Source of the DNA: a bacterium
Lineage (GTDB): Bacteria > Krumholzibacteriota > Krumholzibacteriia > G020349025
NCBI GenBank assembly: GCA_031362565.1
Contig: JANLSU010000081.1
Coordinates: 1 to 64,000, forward strand
Reading direction: 5' to 3'
Length of the DNA stretch: 64,000 nt
The notes beneath the pieces were generated by a model. That model ran no database searches, was not told the DNA's origin, and saw only the letters and a program-made list of their open reading frames with translations. The translations under genes were made by a program, and so were the position numbers. Shown one piece after another: positions 10,144-19,058 of the stretch; position 1 is the first letter of the stretch, and each line of letters begins with the position of its first letter.

Positions 10144-10941
10144 GTGAACCCGAAGCCGCCGACGATCCATCACGTCGACGCATTTACGGACCGGCCGTTC
10201 GCCGGTAATCCGGCTGCAGTTTGTATCCTGGAGAGCGATGCCGACGCGCAATGGATGCAGAGTGTCGCCGCCGAAATGAATCTTTCGGAAACAGCGTTCC
10301 TGCGCCCGGATGGCGACATCTGGCAACTGCGCTGGTTCACGCCGGCGGTCGAAGTCGACCTCTGCGGTCATGCAACACTGGCGTCGGCGCACGTGCTGTG
10401 GGAGACCGGTGTGTTACCCGCCACCGCCGCGGCGCGATTTCAGACCCGGAGCGGCCTGCTGACTGCAACGCGGGCCGGCGATTCCATCGAGTTGGATTTT
10501 CCGACCGTCGCGGTACATGAAACCACGGCACCCGAGGGGCTCGAGTTGGCGCTCGGCGAGCAACCGGTGCACATCGTGCGGACCCACCAAGACTTGATCG
10601 TCGAGCTGGCTTCGGAGGCGGAAGTGCGGCGTTGCACGCCGGATTTCGGGCGCATCCGCGCCCTGCCCACCCGCGCTATCGGGATCACGAGCCGCGCTTC
10701 ATCCCCCGAGTTCGATATCGTCTCGCGCTTCTTCGCACCCACGGCCGGAGTCGACGAGGACCCCGCCACCGGCTCGTTGCACTGCGCCCTCGCGCCCTAC
10801 TGGGCGACGCGTCTGCACCGCACGCAGTTTCGTGCCTATCAAGCCTCGCGGCGCGGCGGTTTCCTGCATGTGACTCTGGACGGGGCGCGGGTGCGCCTAC
10901 GGGGTCAAGCGGTGACGGTGTTGCGCGGTATTTTCGCCTGA
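10144..10941 (+). CDS. PhzF family isomerase
   Basis: DAFT..PFAGNPAAV, EMNLSETAF, EVDLCGHATL, EDPATGS; AAGGAGG upstream of GTG. Confidence 0.92.
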   Translation: MNPKPPTIHHVDAFTDRPFAGNPAAVCILESDADAQWMQSVAAEMNLSETAFLRPDGDIWQLRWFTPAVEVDLCGHATLASAHVLWETGVLPATAAARFQTRSGLLTATRAGDSIELDFPTVAVHETTAPEGLELALGEQPVHIVRTHQDLIVELASEAEVRRCTPDFGRIRALPTRAIGITSRASSPEFDIVSRFFAPTAGVDEDPATGSLHCALAPYWATRLHRTQFRAYQASRRGGFLHVTLDGARVRLRGQAVTVLRGIFA

Positions 10942-10998
10942 GGCAAGAATCCCAATTGGCGGTATTCTCCTTGCGAGCGAACTCGAGAAGGGCGCGCG

Positions 10999-11778
10999 AT
11001 GGCAACCCCGTTCGGTGAAACCATGGTCCGGCGCTTCCTGGACCCGCAGCGCGTGCTGCGCTTGGCGGTGGCCGATTTCGGCCCGGTCTTCGCCGCGTCC
11101 ATCGAACATGCGCGGCGCTGGGAACTGCCGTTCGACGCCGAAACGCGCGCCCTCATGGAGCCCGGCCTGGCGGCGATGGCGCTGCATACGGCAACCCGCC
11201 TGGCGGACGAATCCGGCGGCGTCACCCTGAACCTGCTCGCCCCTCCCACCAATCTCTTCCTGAGCGGCGATACGGGCGCCGGTACGGTCACCGGGCGCAT
11301 CTTCACGGATGATGTGGAGACGGCGGCGACCGGGCGGATGTTCGTGCAGTCGTTTCGCCCCGACACCGGCGTCGTGCAAACCGTGCTCGATGTCTATGGG
11401 CGCGACGTGCTGGCGATGTTCGAGGACTACTACGCGCGCTCGTTGCAGCAGCCGGCGCGGTTCGTGCACTTGGATGCGGATCGCTACGGCGTCATTCAGG
11501 CCCTTCCGGATGGCGGACGGGAGCGCGTCCTCGGCCTCGATGCGGCGGAAGCACGCGCCCTCTTCGACGGCCCCATGCAGCTGCTTGTCGAACAGGTATT
11601 CCGATTCCGCTGCGGCTGCAGCCCGGCGAAGATCGCCCGGGCGCTCGGCGAAATGTTCGCGGCGCGGGCCGACGATCTCTTCGCCGGCGATCCCGGGGTC
11701 GAGGCGTTCTGCCCGCGTTGCGGCGCTCGCTGGTGGATCGATCGCGCCACCTTCGATGCGGCGGCAGCGACGAGCTGA
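10999..11778 (+). CDS. hslO: Hsp33 (HslO)-like redox-regulated chaperone
   Basis: YY..S.Q, IQALP and C-terminal Zn motif FRCGCS...CPRCG. Confidence 0.75.
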   Translation: MATPFGETMVRRFLDPQRVLRLAVADFGPVFAASIEHARRWELPFDAETRALMEPGLAAMALHTATRLADESGGVTLNLLAPPTNLFLSGDTGAGTVTGRIFTDDVETAATGRMFVQSFRPDTGVVQTVLDVYGRDVLAMFEDYYARSLQQPARFVHLDADRYGVIQALPDGGRERVLGLDAAEARALFDGPMQLLVEQVFRFRCGCSPAKIARALGEMFAARADDLFAGDPGVEAFCPRCGARWWIDRATFDAAAATS

Positions 11779-11815
11779 CGGCGCTCCTTCGATCGCCCGG
11801 GAGCCAGGGATCCTT

Positions 11816-11868
11816 GGAACCTCGGCGCCGGGCCCCGCGTTGTGAGAGTGCCGCCGGCGCGGTATGCT
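11816..11868 (+). promoter_or_regulatory. Overlapping ECF-type and sigma70-type promoter candidates upstream of msrA
   Basis: GGAAC-N18-GTT (11816-11841) and TTGTGA-N17-TATGCT (11840-11868). Confidence 0.4.
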
Positions 11869-11915
11869 GCTGGCGTCTGGTTCGAGTCTAAACCCCGAAG
11901 TGGGCGGAGGAATGC

Positions 11916-12455
11916 ATGCAGGCCCGTGAGATCGCGACCCTGGCCGGTGGCTGTTTCTGGTGTCTCGAGGCGGTGTTTTTGGAACTCCGCGGCGTCGAAT
12001 TGGTGCAGTCGGGTTACGCGGGCGGGCACGTGCAGAATCCCACCTACGAACATGTGTGCACCGGCGGCACCGGGCACGCGGAAGTCGTGCAGGTGACGTT
12101 CGAGCCGGTGGCGATCACCTTCGCCGAACTGCTGGAAGTTTTCTTTACGATTCACGATCCGACGACGCTCAACCGCCAGGGAGCCGATATCGGCAGCCAA
12201 TACCGGTCGGCGATCTTCTACCACTCACCGCAGCAGAAGGAAATGGCCGCGCAAGTGATCGAGGCCATGAACGCCGCCGGCACGTGGCCGCGCCGCATCG
12301 TCACCGAGGTCACGGAGTTCACCGAGTTCTTCGCGGCCGAGGACTACCACAACGACTATTTCCGGCGCAATTCGACCAAGCCCTATTGCCAGCTCATCGT
12401 CGCGCCCAAGGTCATGAAAGCGCGCCAGCATTTCGTCGCCAAGCTGAAGAAATAG
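11916..12455 (+). CDS. msrA: Peptide-methionine (S)-S-oxide reductase
   Basis: GGCFWC, GHAEVVQ, RQGADIGSQYRS, AEDYH. Confidence 0.96.
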   Translation: MQAREIATLAGGCFWCLEAVFLELRGVELVQSGYAGGHVQNPTYEHVCTGGTGHAEVVQVTFEPVAITFAELLEVFFTIHDPTTLNRQGADIGSQYRSAIFYHSPQQKEMAAQVIEAMNAAGTWPRRIVTEVTEFTEFFAAEDYHNDYFRRNSTKPYCQLIVAPKVMKARQHFVAKLKK

Positions 12456-12458
12456 CCC

Positions 12459-14339
12459 TCACCGCACGAGCACCATGCGGCGCATCGCGGTAAAGCCGGT
12501 GGCGTCCAACCGGTACACGTAGACGCCGGATGCTTCGGCGACGCCGTGTTCGTTGGTGCCGTCCCACAGGAATGCATCGCTACCGCCCACGGCAGTCTTG
12601 CGGAATGTCCGCACCAACCGCCCACCGACGTCGAAAATCGACAGCCGTACCGCTCCCCCATCTGGCGGCGCCGCAAAGCGAATCCGGGTCGCCGGATTGA
12701 ATGGGTTGGGGGCGTTCTGGGCGAGTTGCCAGTTGCCGGGCTCCGGGACGACATCGGTCGCCTGCAAGCCCTCGCAGGTGTCGGGAATGCCGTTGGAGTT
12801 GTGATCGGGCACCGTGTGAGTCGCGATGTCGAGCGAATCCGGCACGCTGTTGCCGTTGCAATCGTAGTCGCCGATGCGCGTCAACCAAACGTCCTGCTCG
12901 CCGTTGAAGGTCGCGGCCCACGCGAGGCTCGTCCCGACATCGTCCGAGACGAGCTGGGAGTAGTCGCCAATTTTCTGCTGACTCGGGAAACCCAAGTAGC
13001 TGTCCCATTCGGGACTCACCTGGACGTTGGGGGTCCAGTAGTTGCCATCGAACGACGACGTATAGAACAACGCACTGCGGTTGGGGACACCGGTATTGCG
13101 CGTGTCGTTCCAGATCACGTCGATGCGGCCATTGGGTGCGATGGCCATGGTCGCGCCCCATTGCCAGCCTAACGTTGTGTCGGTGTTGAGTCGCTTCGGC
13201 GCACTCCAAGTCAGGCCGCCGTCGGTGCTGCGCGCAAACATCACGTCCAGCGGGTCGCTCCCCGGCGGGTCGACCGAACACACGACATAGATCCAGCCGG
13301 CTGTCGGTCCGATCAGCGGATCGACCGCGATCCAGACTTGGCCAAGCAGGCCGACGGGATTGGGCGTCCCGGCCCCGTTGCCGACGCGCACGACGCCGCC
13401 CAAGTTCACGACCGTCGAGAAATCGAAGGCCGGTGAAAAGACCGGGTTCTTCACCGTGGTCGACTTCGCGACCACGAACTGTCCTCCAGAACTCACGCCG
13501 GCGATGTACAACGTGCCGTCCGGCGCCACAGCCAGAGTGCCCCAGCGCGGGGTCGACGGCACGGGAATCGGCTGCCAAAAAGACGCCGCCGAATTCGTCG
13601 AACGCGTGAAGATGCTGTTGCCGCAACAACCCGACGCAACCGACCACGCTTGATACAGGTTGCCGTGTCCGATGCCGTTGGTGCGGTCGATGGCGATCCA
13701 TTGCTTGTCGCCGCCGAAGGCCGGAAACGGCCCGGTCCAATTCGCGCCGCCGTTCGACGACGTGAAGATGTCGACCGTCAGGTTGCCAAAACTGGACGTG
13801 AGACTGCTGTAGTAGAACTGGCCGTTGGCGTCGGACGCCAAGACTGGATCGCTACGGAAGATACCGAAATCGATGACGTTGGCGTAGTGCCAGGAGCGCC
13901 CGGTGTTGTTGCTGAAGCCAACGCCCGCCTGCCGGAAATCCGACAGTACGTCGTCGAATTGCCGCCAGCCGATCGCCATGCGATTCGGATGGCGCGGATC
14001 GACGGCGAGCGAGGGCTCGTTGGCGGCGTCACCCAGGATGTTGCGGCCGTCCACGCCGACGTTGACTTGCACCGTGCGGACACCACCGAACTGCGGGTCC
14101 GCCGAGGGCGCGGTGAGTTTGGGCCGGGTCGGGATGATGCTGGCATCGCGCGGGGCTTCGTGGAGAGCGGCTTCGAAGTCGCGATCGGTGTTGGCGCCGG
14201 CGTCGGCATCAAAGTCGGGGCGAGGTTCATCGGCGGTTGCGAAAGCCGCGGCCGCGACGACGAGAACCGTTGCGGCGAGCGCGGCGCGAAACCGCGCGCG
14301 GTGCGAACAACGCGAGTCCAAGCGCACCTCCAAGGACAT
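12459..14339 (-). CDS. Secreted BNR/Asp-box (sialidase-like propeller) protein with Ca-binding-like repeats and FlgD-Ig C-terminal domain
   Basis: Asp-boxes SSNGGANW, STDGGLTW, SNNTGRSW; DCNGNSVPD / DHNSNGIPDTC; QNAPNPFNP..WDG..SGVY; start uncertain. Confidence 0.75.
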   Translation of the reverse strand: MSLEVRLDSRCSHRARFRAALAATVLVVAAAAFATADEPRPDFDADAGANTDRDFEAALHEAPRDASIIPTRPKLTAPSADPQFGGVRTVQVNVGVDGRNILGDAANEPSLAVDPRHPNRMAIGWRQFDDVLSDFRQAGVGFSNNTGRSWHYANVIDFGIFRSDPVLASDANGQFYYSSLTSSFGNLTVDIFTSSNGGANWTGPFPAFGGDKQWIAIDRTNGIGHGNLYQAWSVASGCCGNSIFTRSTNSAASFWQPIPVPSTPRWGTLAVAPDGTLYIAGVSSGGQFVVAKSTTVKNPVFSPAFDFSTVVNLGGVVRVGNGAGTPNPVGLLGQVWIAVDPLIGPTAGWIYVVCSVDPPGSDPLDVMFARSTDGGLTWSAPKRLNTDTTLGWQWGATMAIAPNGRIDVIWNDTRNTGVPNRSALFYTSSFDGNYWTPNVQVSPEWDSYLGFPSQQKIGDYSQLVSDDVGTSLAWAATFNGEQDVWLTRIGDYDCNGNSVPDSLDIATHTVPDHNSNGIPDTCEGLQATDVVPEPGNWQLAQNAPNPFNPATRIRFAAPPDGGAVRLSIFDVGGRLVRTFRKTAVGGSDAFLWDGTNEHGVAEASGVYVYRLDATGFTAMRRMVLVR

Positions 14340-14444
14340 GCGACGGAGAATCACTCGGGGCGTTCATCACGCGGCCCCCTTGGGGCCCTGAGGCGAGGTG
14401 CGTCTTGAAATATGGCAGGGGCGCGGCCGGCGCGCAAGCGTGCA

Positions 14445-17258
14445 TCAACCTGGGCTGGGACAGGCGGCAGCTCCGATCAACACGAACCCGGCCCAGTAGA
14501 TCGGATGGGCGAAGGGCGTTGTGCCGTCCGGGGCTTGCCAATTCTTCAGCCAGATCTGCGCTTCCTGCAACGCCCGCGCCTTGGACATCGGAATGCCGAC
14601 GACGCCGGCTCGCCGGTCCCTGAACGTGCCGGTCATGTTCTCGTAGAAGCGTTCCATCAACAGAGACGTCGCCCGGTCTTCGACCTTCCACCGGCTCATC
14701 AGGAGGCACCGCGCACCAGCCGCTAGGAAGGACTGCGCGAACCCCAGGTCCTCGCCGCCCCGAGCCGGGAGTCCCTGATACGTCTGACACCCGCTGAGGG
14801 TCACCAAGTCGATGTCGAACTGGCGGCCCAGCAGGATCTCCCCCGCAGTAATGGAGGTGTCGTCGAGCGATTCGGAGCCCATCGAGTCACGGGCTGCTGC
14901 CCTGCCGGTCGACAGCACCAGCAGTGAACGCGCGGGCAGCTTTTCGTCCACGAGAGCGTGCGTCGCGAGGTGGAGCACTCCGAGTGGGCCCGCCCGAAGT
15001 AGATCCGACTCGAGGGCGGTTCTGGTGGCCTCCGGCCCCATGAGCACCTTCGATTTCCGGAAGAGTGACGCAACCGCCAGCGCTTCGCGGCGAGAATCGG
15101 GCAGTTGCGGCAAGCGCCGAATGGCGTCCGGATCCCCTGCCAAGGCGCCGCGGAACAGCGACGGACTCACGAGCGTCGCGCCGATCATGTCGTCTGAGCG
15201 CGCCAGCGGCGACTCTGCCAGCGTCAAGTTCGCGGCTTCCGAAGGGCTCTTTGGCGGGCCGAGCGGATCGGCCACCGCGATGATCGACCGGTATTGACGT
15301 GGGTTCCGATTCGCTTCGTCCGCGAGGCGCACGAAAGCGTCGGGGGAGGGAACGTACGAGAAAGCGAAGCGTGTGATGAGCGGATCGCCCTGATCATCGA
15401 CGAGGCACTCGGGCAGGATGGGCACGAGCCATCCAGGAATCGTGCGGCCATCGACGACGATCAGTTCTCGCACCCCGTGCAGGTTCGACATGAGAGGCTG
15501 GAACACTTTTCTCCACGCGTCGTTGGACAGGGACGCCAATTCGGCATCCGCGGCGACGCGGTGGGGCCACTGGCTCGATCGGATCATCATGCGAAGGACG
15601 CGCTCCGAACTCCGTCGCCAAAGCGTGACTTCCTCTCCGACGCGCCAAGCGCCAATATGAATCCACTGGGCTGGCCCCGTGTGGCGCACGACGTAGGCCC
15701 AAAGCGTCCCTTTCCAGAGCTTGTCGTTCCCCCACTTGCCGTGGATCCACCCGATCATCGCCTGATCCGGCGCGAGCCGGGCCTGAATTTCCTCCAGGGT
15801 CGGGGTCGATCCCCCGTCCGCGCCGGAAATACGCCTGACGAGGATCTGTTCGAGCAGCATTCGCTCGGCGTCGGTTCGGGCAAGCCGGACCCGAAACGAA
15901 TCCTCGACTGCCAGCTGCGTCCAAAGATCGGATCCTGGCTGCACACCTCCAAGGGGCGCATGCAGTAACGCGGGGTGTGAATTCACCGTGCGGCGCAGGG
16001 CAAAGACCTCGGCGCGAAGGGAATCGAGTCGATCAGCATCGACTCTCCATCTGCGCCGAGCCGCGGAGAGATTCAGCAGAGACCGGGTGGCCGGTCCGCT
16101 GTCTCGGCAGACCATCTGCCAGGCTGCGGCGAACTGCCCCTGACACAGCAGGGCGTCGATCCACTCGGGGAAGAGGCCACTCAGCCGGGCCAGGCCGAAA
16201 CCTTGCGGCATCGACCCGGGCATGTACGTCTGACATGCGGCGAACTGCTGCCAGAATTCGACGGCGTGAGCCGTGTCGTCGCGCAACCACGCAATGGACC
16301 CCAGGTTGAACATGACGTCACCCATGTCGTTGCTGAAGTCCATTCCGTGCTGGTGAAGGATGTCGCGCGCTTCCCACGACGCTTTTTCGGCCGGGCCAAG
16401 GCGGCCGGCGAACATGTGCGCGTAAGCGAGCCAGGTTAGGTTTTCGGCCACTCCGACACTACGCGGCCCGAAGTGGCGGCGGATCTCCAGGGCGCGCCGG
16501 TAATATCTCTCGGCGATTTCCGGAGCGTCCCGCTTCCAAAGCCGGTACAGGCTGCCCAGCGCTTCGAGCGGCAGAGCGACGTGCGTGTCCCCGTTCGGGT
16601 AGGCGGACTCCAGGATGGCTAGAGCCTCCAGCTCGGCCGCCGCTGCGCGCGGCAATTCCATCCGAGTTTTGAGGAGGATGCCCCATTGCAGCAGAGTCTC
16701 TCCAACGAGGGGATGCCGTGGTCCGAGCTGCGCGCGCCGGATTGCCAACGCAGCTTGCAGATACTCCTCGCACCTTTCGATTTCTCCCGCCTGGTTCGCA
16801 ATCTGCCCCATGACGTCGAGCGATGCGCCCACGTCGGGATGCGTAGGACCCAACCTGCGACTCCGCAGCTCGAGCTGGTGCGAAGCGTTGCTGAGCGCTG
16901 CGACGTGGTCCTCATCGACTCTCATGAGCCGCTCGATCACCGGAGTGAGGCTGTCGGCCAAGGCCACGTCGCGCCGCCCGGCGGGTGACAGAGTGGTAAT
17001 TTTGGCCAGCGTCGCCTGCAGACGACGGGCATCCTCGGCTTCCCATGTGCGGGTCCCCGGGCCTGAAGCCAGGCTTTCGAGACGGTGCGCGACGCCGACG
17101 GCCGCGTCGTAACGCCCGTGGGTCCGCAGGGAGTCGATGTCCGAGAACAGCCGGAGAATCTCATCTTCGCGCGAATGCTGCCTGGGCGAGCAGGCCGCCA
17201 GAAGCGCCGTTGCCAGCGTCACCGCGAGAAGTCTTGGCAGGGAGAACAGTCGGCTCAT
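14445..17258 (-). CDS. Lipoprotein TPR-CHAT (caspase-like) protease
   Basis: Lipobox LLAAC; TPR repeats; CHAT dyad motifs HLATHA and LSGCQT; HPIYWAGFVLIG. Confidence 0.9.
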   Translation of the reverse strand: MSRLFSLPRLLAVTLATALLAACSPRQHSREDEILRLFSDIDSLRTHGRYDAAVGVAHRLESLASGPGTRTWEAEDARRLQATLAKITTLSPAGRRDVALADSLTPVIERLMRVDEDHVAALSNASHQLELRSRRLGPTHPDVGASLDVMGQIANQAGEIERCEEYLQAALAIRRAQLGPRHPLVGETLLQWGILLKTRMELPRAAAAELEALAILESAYPNGDTHVALPLEALGSLYRLWKRDAPEIAERYYRRALEIRRHFGPRSVGVAENLTWLAYAHMFAGRLGPAEKASWEARDILHQHGMDFSNDMGDVMFNLGSIAWLRDDTAHAVEFWQQFAACQTYMPGSMPQGFGLARLSGLFPEWIDALLCQGQFAAAWQMVCRDSGPATRSLLNLSAARRRWRVDADRLDSLRAEVFALRRTVNSHPALLHAPLGGVQPGSDLWTQLAVEDSFRVRLARTDAERMLLEQILVRRISGADGGSTPTLEEIQARLAPDQAMIGWIHGKWGNDKLWKGTLWAYVVRHTGPAQWIHIGAWRVGEEVTLWRRSSERVLRMMIRSSQWPHRVAADAELASLSNDAWRKVFQPLMSNLHGVRELIVVDGRTIPGWLVPILPECLVDDQGDPLITRFAFSYVPSPDAFVRLADEANRNPRQYRSIIAVADPLGPPKSPSEAANLTLAESPLARSDDMIGATLVSPSLFRGALAGDPDAIRRLPQLPDSRREALAVASLFRKSKVLMGPEATRTALESDLLRAGPLGVLHLATHALVDEKLPARSLLVLSTGRAAARDSMGSESLDDTSITAGEILLGRQFDIDLVTLSGCQTYQGLPARGGEDLGFAQSFLAAGARCLLMSRWKVEDRATSLLMERFYENMTGTFRDRRAGVVGIPMSKARALQEAQIWLKNWQAPDGTTPFAHPIYWAGFVLIGAAACPSPG

Positions 17259-17284
17259 AGTCGTCTGCAGCGCGCTCGGGCCCG

Positions 17285-17314
17285 TTGAAGAATCGCTCGG
17301 TAAGCGGCTAGAGT
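17285..17314 (+). promoter_or_regulatory. Putative sigma70 promoter of the ECF sigma gene (near-leaderless)
   Basis: TTGAAG-N18-TAGAGT, ending 9 nt before ATG 17324. Confidence 0.35.
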
Positions 17315-17323
17315 CTAGTCCCC

Positions 17324-18079
17324 ATGGTGGATCGGTCGCATCGGAAAACTGACGAGCACGGGGCCCTGATGGACTTGGTCGAAACCTGGGGATGGCCGGA
17401 AGACCTCAAGCGCCTGGTGCGAGGTTTCGCTGGCCCTGAACGGGCCCGGGCGCGTGGAGAGTTCTGGTTGCTCCTCAACCTCGCCCTGGCTCAGCGGCTA
17501 CGCATCCTGTCCGGACGCTACTATCGTATCGACAGCGAGAGCCTTCGAGATCTCGCCGCCGAAAAAGCGTTAGAATTGGTCGACAAACTCGACAGAGGTC
17601 AATGGAACCCGCTGGAATCCCACGCCGGGGAGTTGGTGTCTTTCCTGTCGACGGTCGCCCGCAATGCTCTCGTGGATGAACTGCGGCGGACGAAGCGCAC
17701 CAAGCTGGATCCAGCTGGGATGATCGAAACAGCGCCGGAAGGGGATGGGTGGAATCGCGATGCGGCGTGCCATGGAGTCGAGCGGGAGGAGTTCGTCTCT
17801 CAGCTGGTCGCCTGCGCGGCGAGGCTGTCGGCACCGCATCGTATCATCTGGCTGCTTCGCGTCCTGCATGAAATGCCCAGCAAGACCATAGCCGAGCACC
17901 CTGAGGTGCTTCTGAAGTCGAGTCACGTCGACGTCATCCTGAGCCGCTGCCGCGATCAGATTCGACAGTGCATGCGCGCCCGTGGGCTCGACGCCCACGA
18001 ATTGCCGCCGGGAACCTTCGCCGAGCTCTGGCGGAGGTTCAGGGCCAACCCTATTTCGGGTGATTCCTCACATGACTAA
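17324..18079 (+). CDS. ECF-type RNA polymerase sigma factor (divergent)
   Basis: Region 2 FLSTVARNALVDELRR; region 4 LSAPHR..MPSKTIAE..VDVILSRCR; overlaps the downstream anti-sigma gene. Confidence 0.8.
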   Translation: MVDRSHRKTDEHGALMDLVETWGWPEDLKRLVRGFAGPERARARGEFWLLLNLALAQRLRILSGRYYRIDSESLRDLAAEKALELVDKLDRGQWNPLESHAGELVSFLSTVARNALVDELRRTKRTKLDPAGMIETAPEGDGWNRDAACHGVEREEFVSQLVACAARLSAPHRIIWLLRVLHEMPSKTIAEHPEVLLKSSHVDVILSRCRDQIRQCMRARGLDAHELPPGTFAELWRRFRANPISGDSSHD

Positions 18080-18857
18080 CGTCGACGATACGAACGCCAA
18101 TTCCGAACACCTCGACGAAGCCGCCTTCACCGACATCGTGGCCGGCACGGCGTCCAAGAAGTTCGTCGACCAGGCGTTCGCACACATCCGCAACTGCCCC
18201 CGGTGCGAGATGCGACTCCTCGAGGCCAGCGGCGATCTGGAGACGTGCCGCGCGAAGCCGGCGCCGTCGGGCTGGGGTATGCCCGTGCGAGCGCGGTCGA
18301 AGACAGGTCTCGGGGGGCTGGTGTGGCCTCCGCGGCGCCGGCTCGACTTCCGATTGGCAATTCCCCTGGCCCTCGCGGCCATGCTCCTGGTCATGCTCCG
18401 CATCGGCCTGCCGCGTCGTCACCCTTCCGAAACACACCCCTACTGGATTCCGGCCACCGGAGAACTCCACCAACTTCGCGGCGCCCATTCCTGGGATGCC
18501 GACTCCACGTTCTGGCAAGGCCTCGACGCCTACGAGGCTCACAACACGGGTCGCGCCGCGGAGCTGTTGCAAGACGCCAAAACCACCGGCGGCCTCGAAG
18601 ATCTGCGCCGCCTCTATCTGGCCAGCTCCCTCATCAACGCGGGACAGGGCCAGCACGCGCTGCAGCTCTTCGACGAGCTCAAGATTGAAGACCTCCCGGC
18701 GCCCTGGCGCGCCGACGCCTATTGGATGAAATTCCAGGTGCTCGCCGGCCTCAATCGCTCGGCCGAAGCCGAAAAACTCCTCGATGAAATGGTGGCGTGG
18801 CCAGGCCGGGTCGGTGACCTGGCACGGACGGCGCGGGCCGCCGAGCAGCACCACTGA
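18072..18857 (+). CDS. Zn-finger (HxxxCxxC) membrane anti-sigma factor with periplasmic TPR-like domain
   Basis: HIRNCPRC; single TM LAIPLALAAMLLVML; helical C-terminal domain. Confidence 0.8.
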   Translation: MTNVDDTNANSEHLDEAAFTDIVAGTASKKFVDQAFAHIRNCPRCEMRLLEASGDLETCRAKPAPSGWGMPVRARSKTGLGGLVWPPRRRLDFRLAIPLALAAMLLVMLRIGLPRRHPSETHPYWIPATGELHQLRGAHSWDADSTFWQGLDAYEAHNTGRAAELLQDAKTTGGLEDLRRLYLASSLINAGQGQHALQLFDELKIEDLPAPWRADAYWMKFQVLAGLNRSAEAEKLLDEMVAWPGRVGDLARTARAAEQHH

Positions 18858-19058
18858 TCTGCGCCGCACGGACCCGGACGACTCCTGCAGCTGCTGGCGC
18901 CCTGCCGCAAAAATCTTGTTAGAAAATTCATCTCAGTCCGACCTTCCTCCGTTCGATCAGCGGCCGGGAATGAAGGCTCATCCTGCCCGGCGACTTCTGC
19001 CGCAGGGCACGAACCAACGCTTCACCCGACACGGGACTTGATTCGAAGGAGTAGCGCA

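Noticed and set aside
14445..18857. Type III-E CRISPR (Craspase) locus
   Set aside because: No Cas7-11, Csx30/31 or repeat-spacer array; the CHAT has a lipoprotein signal
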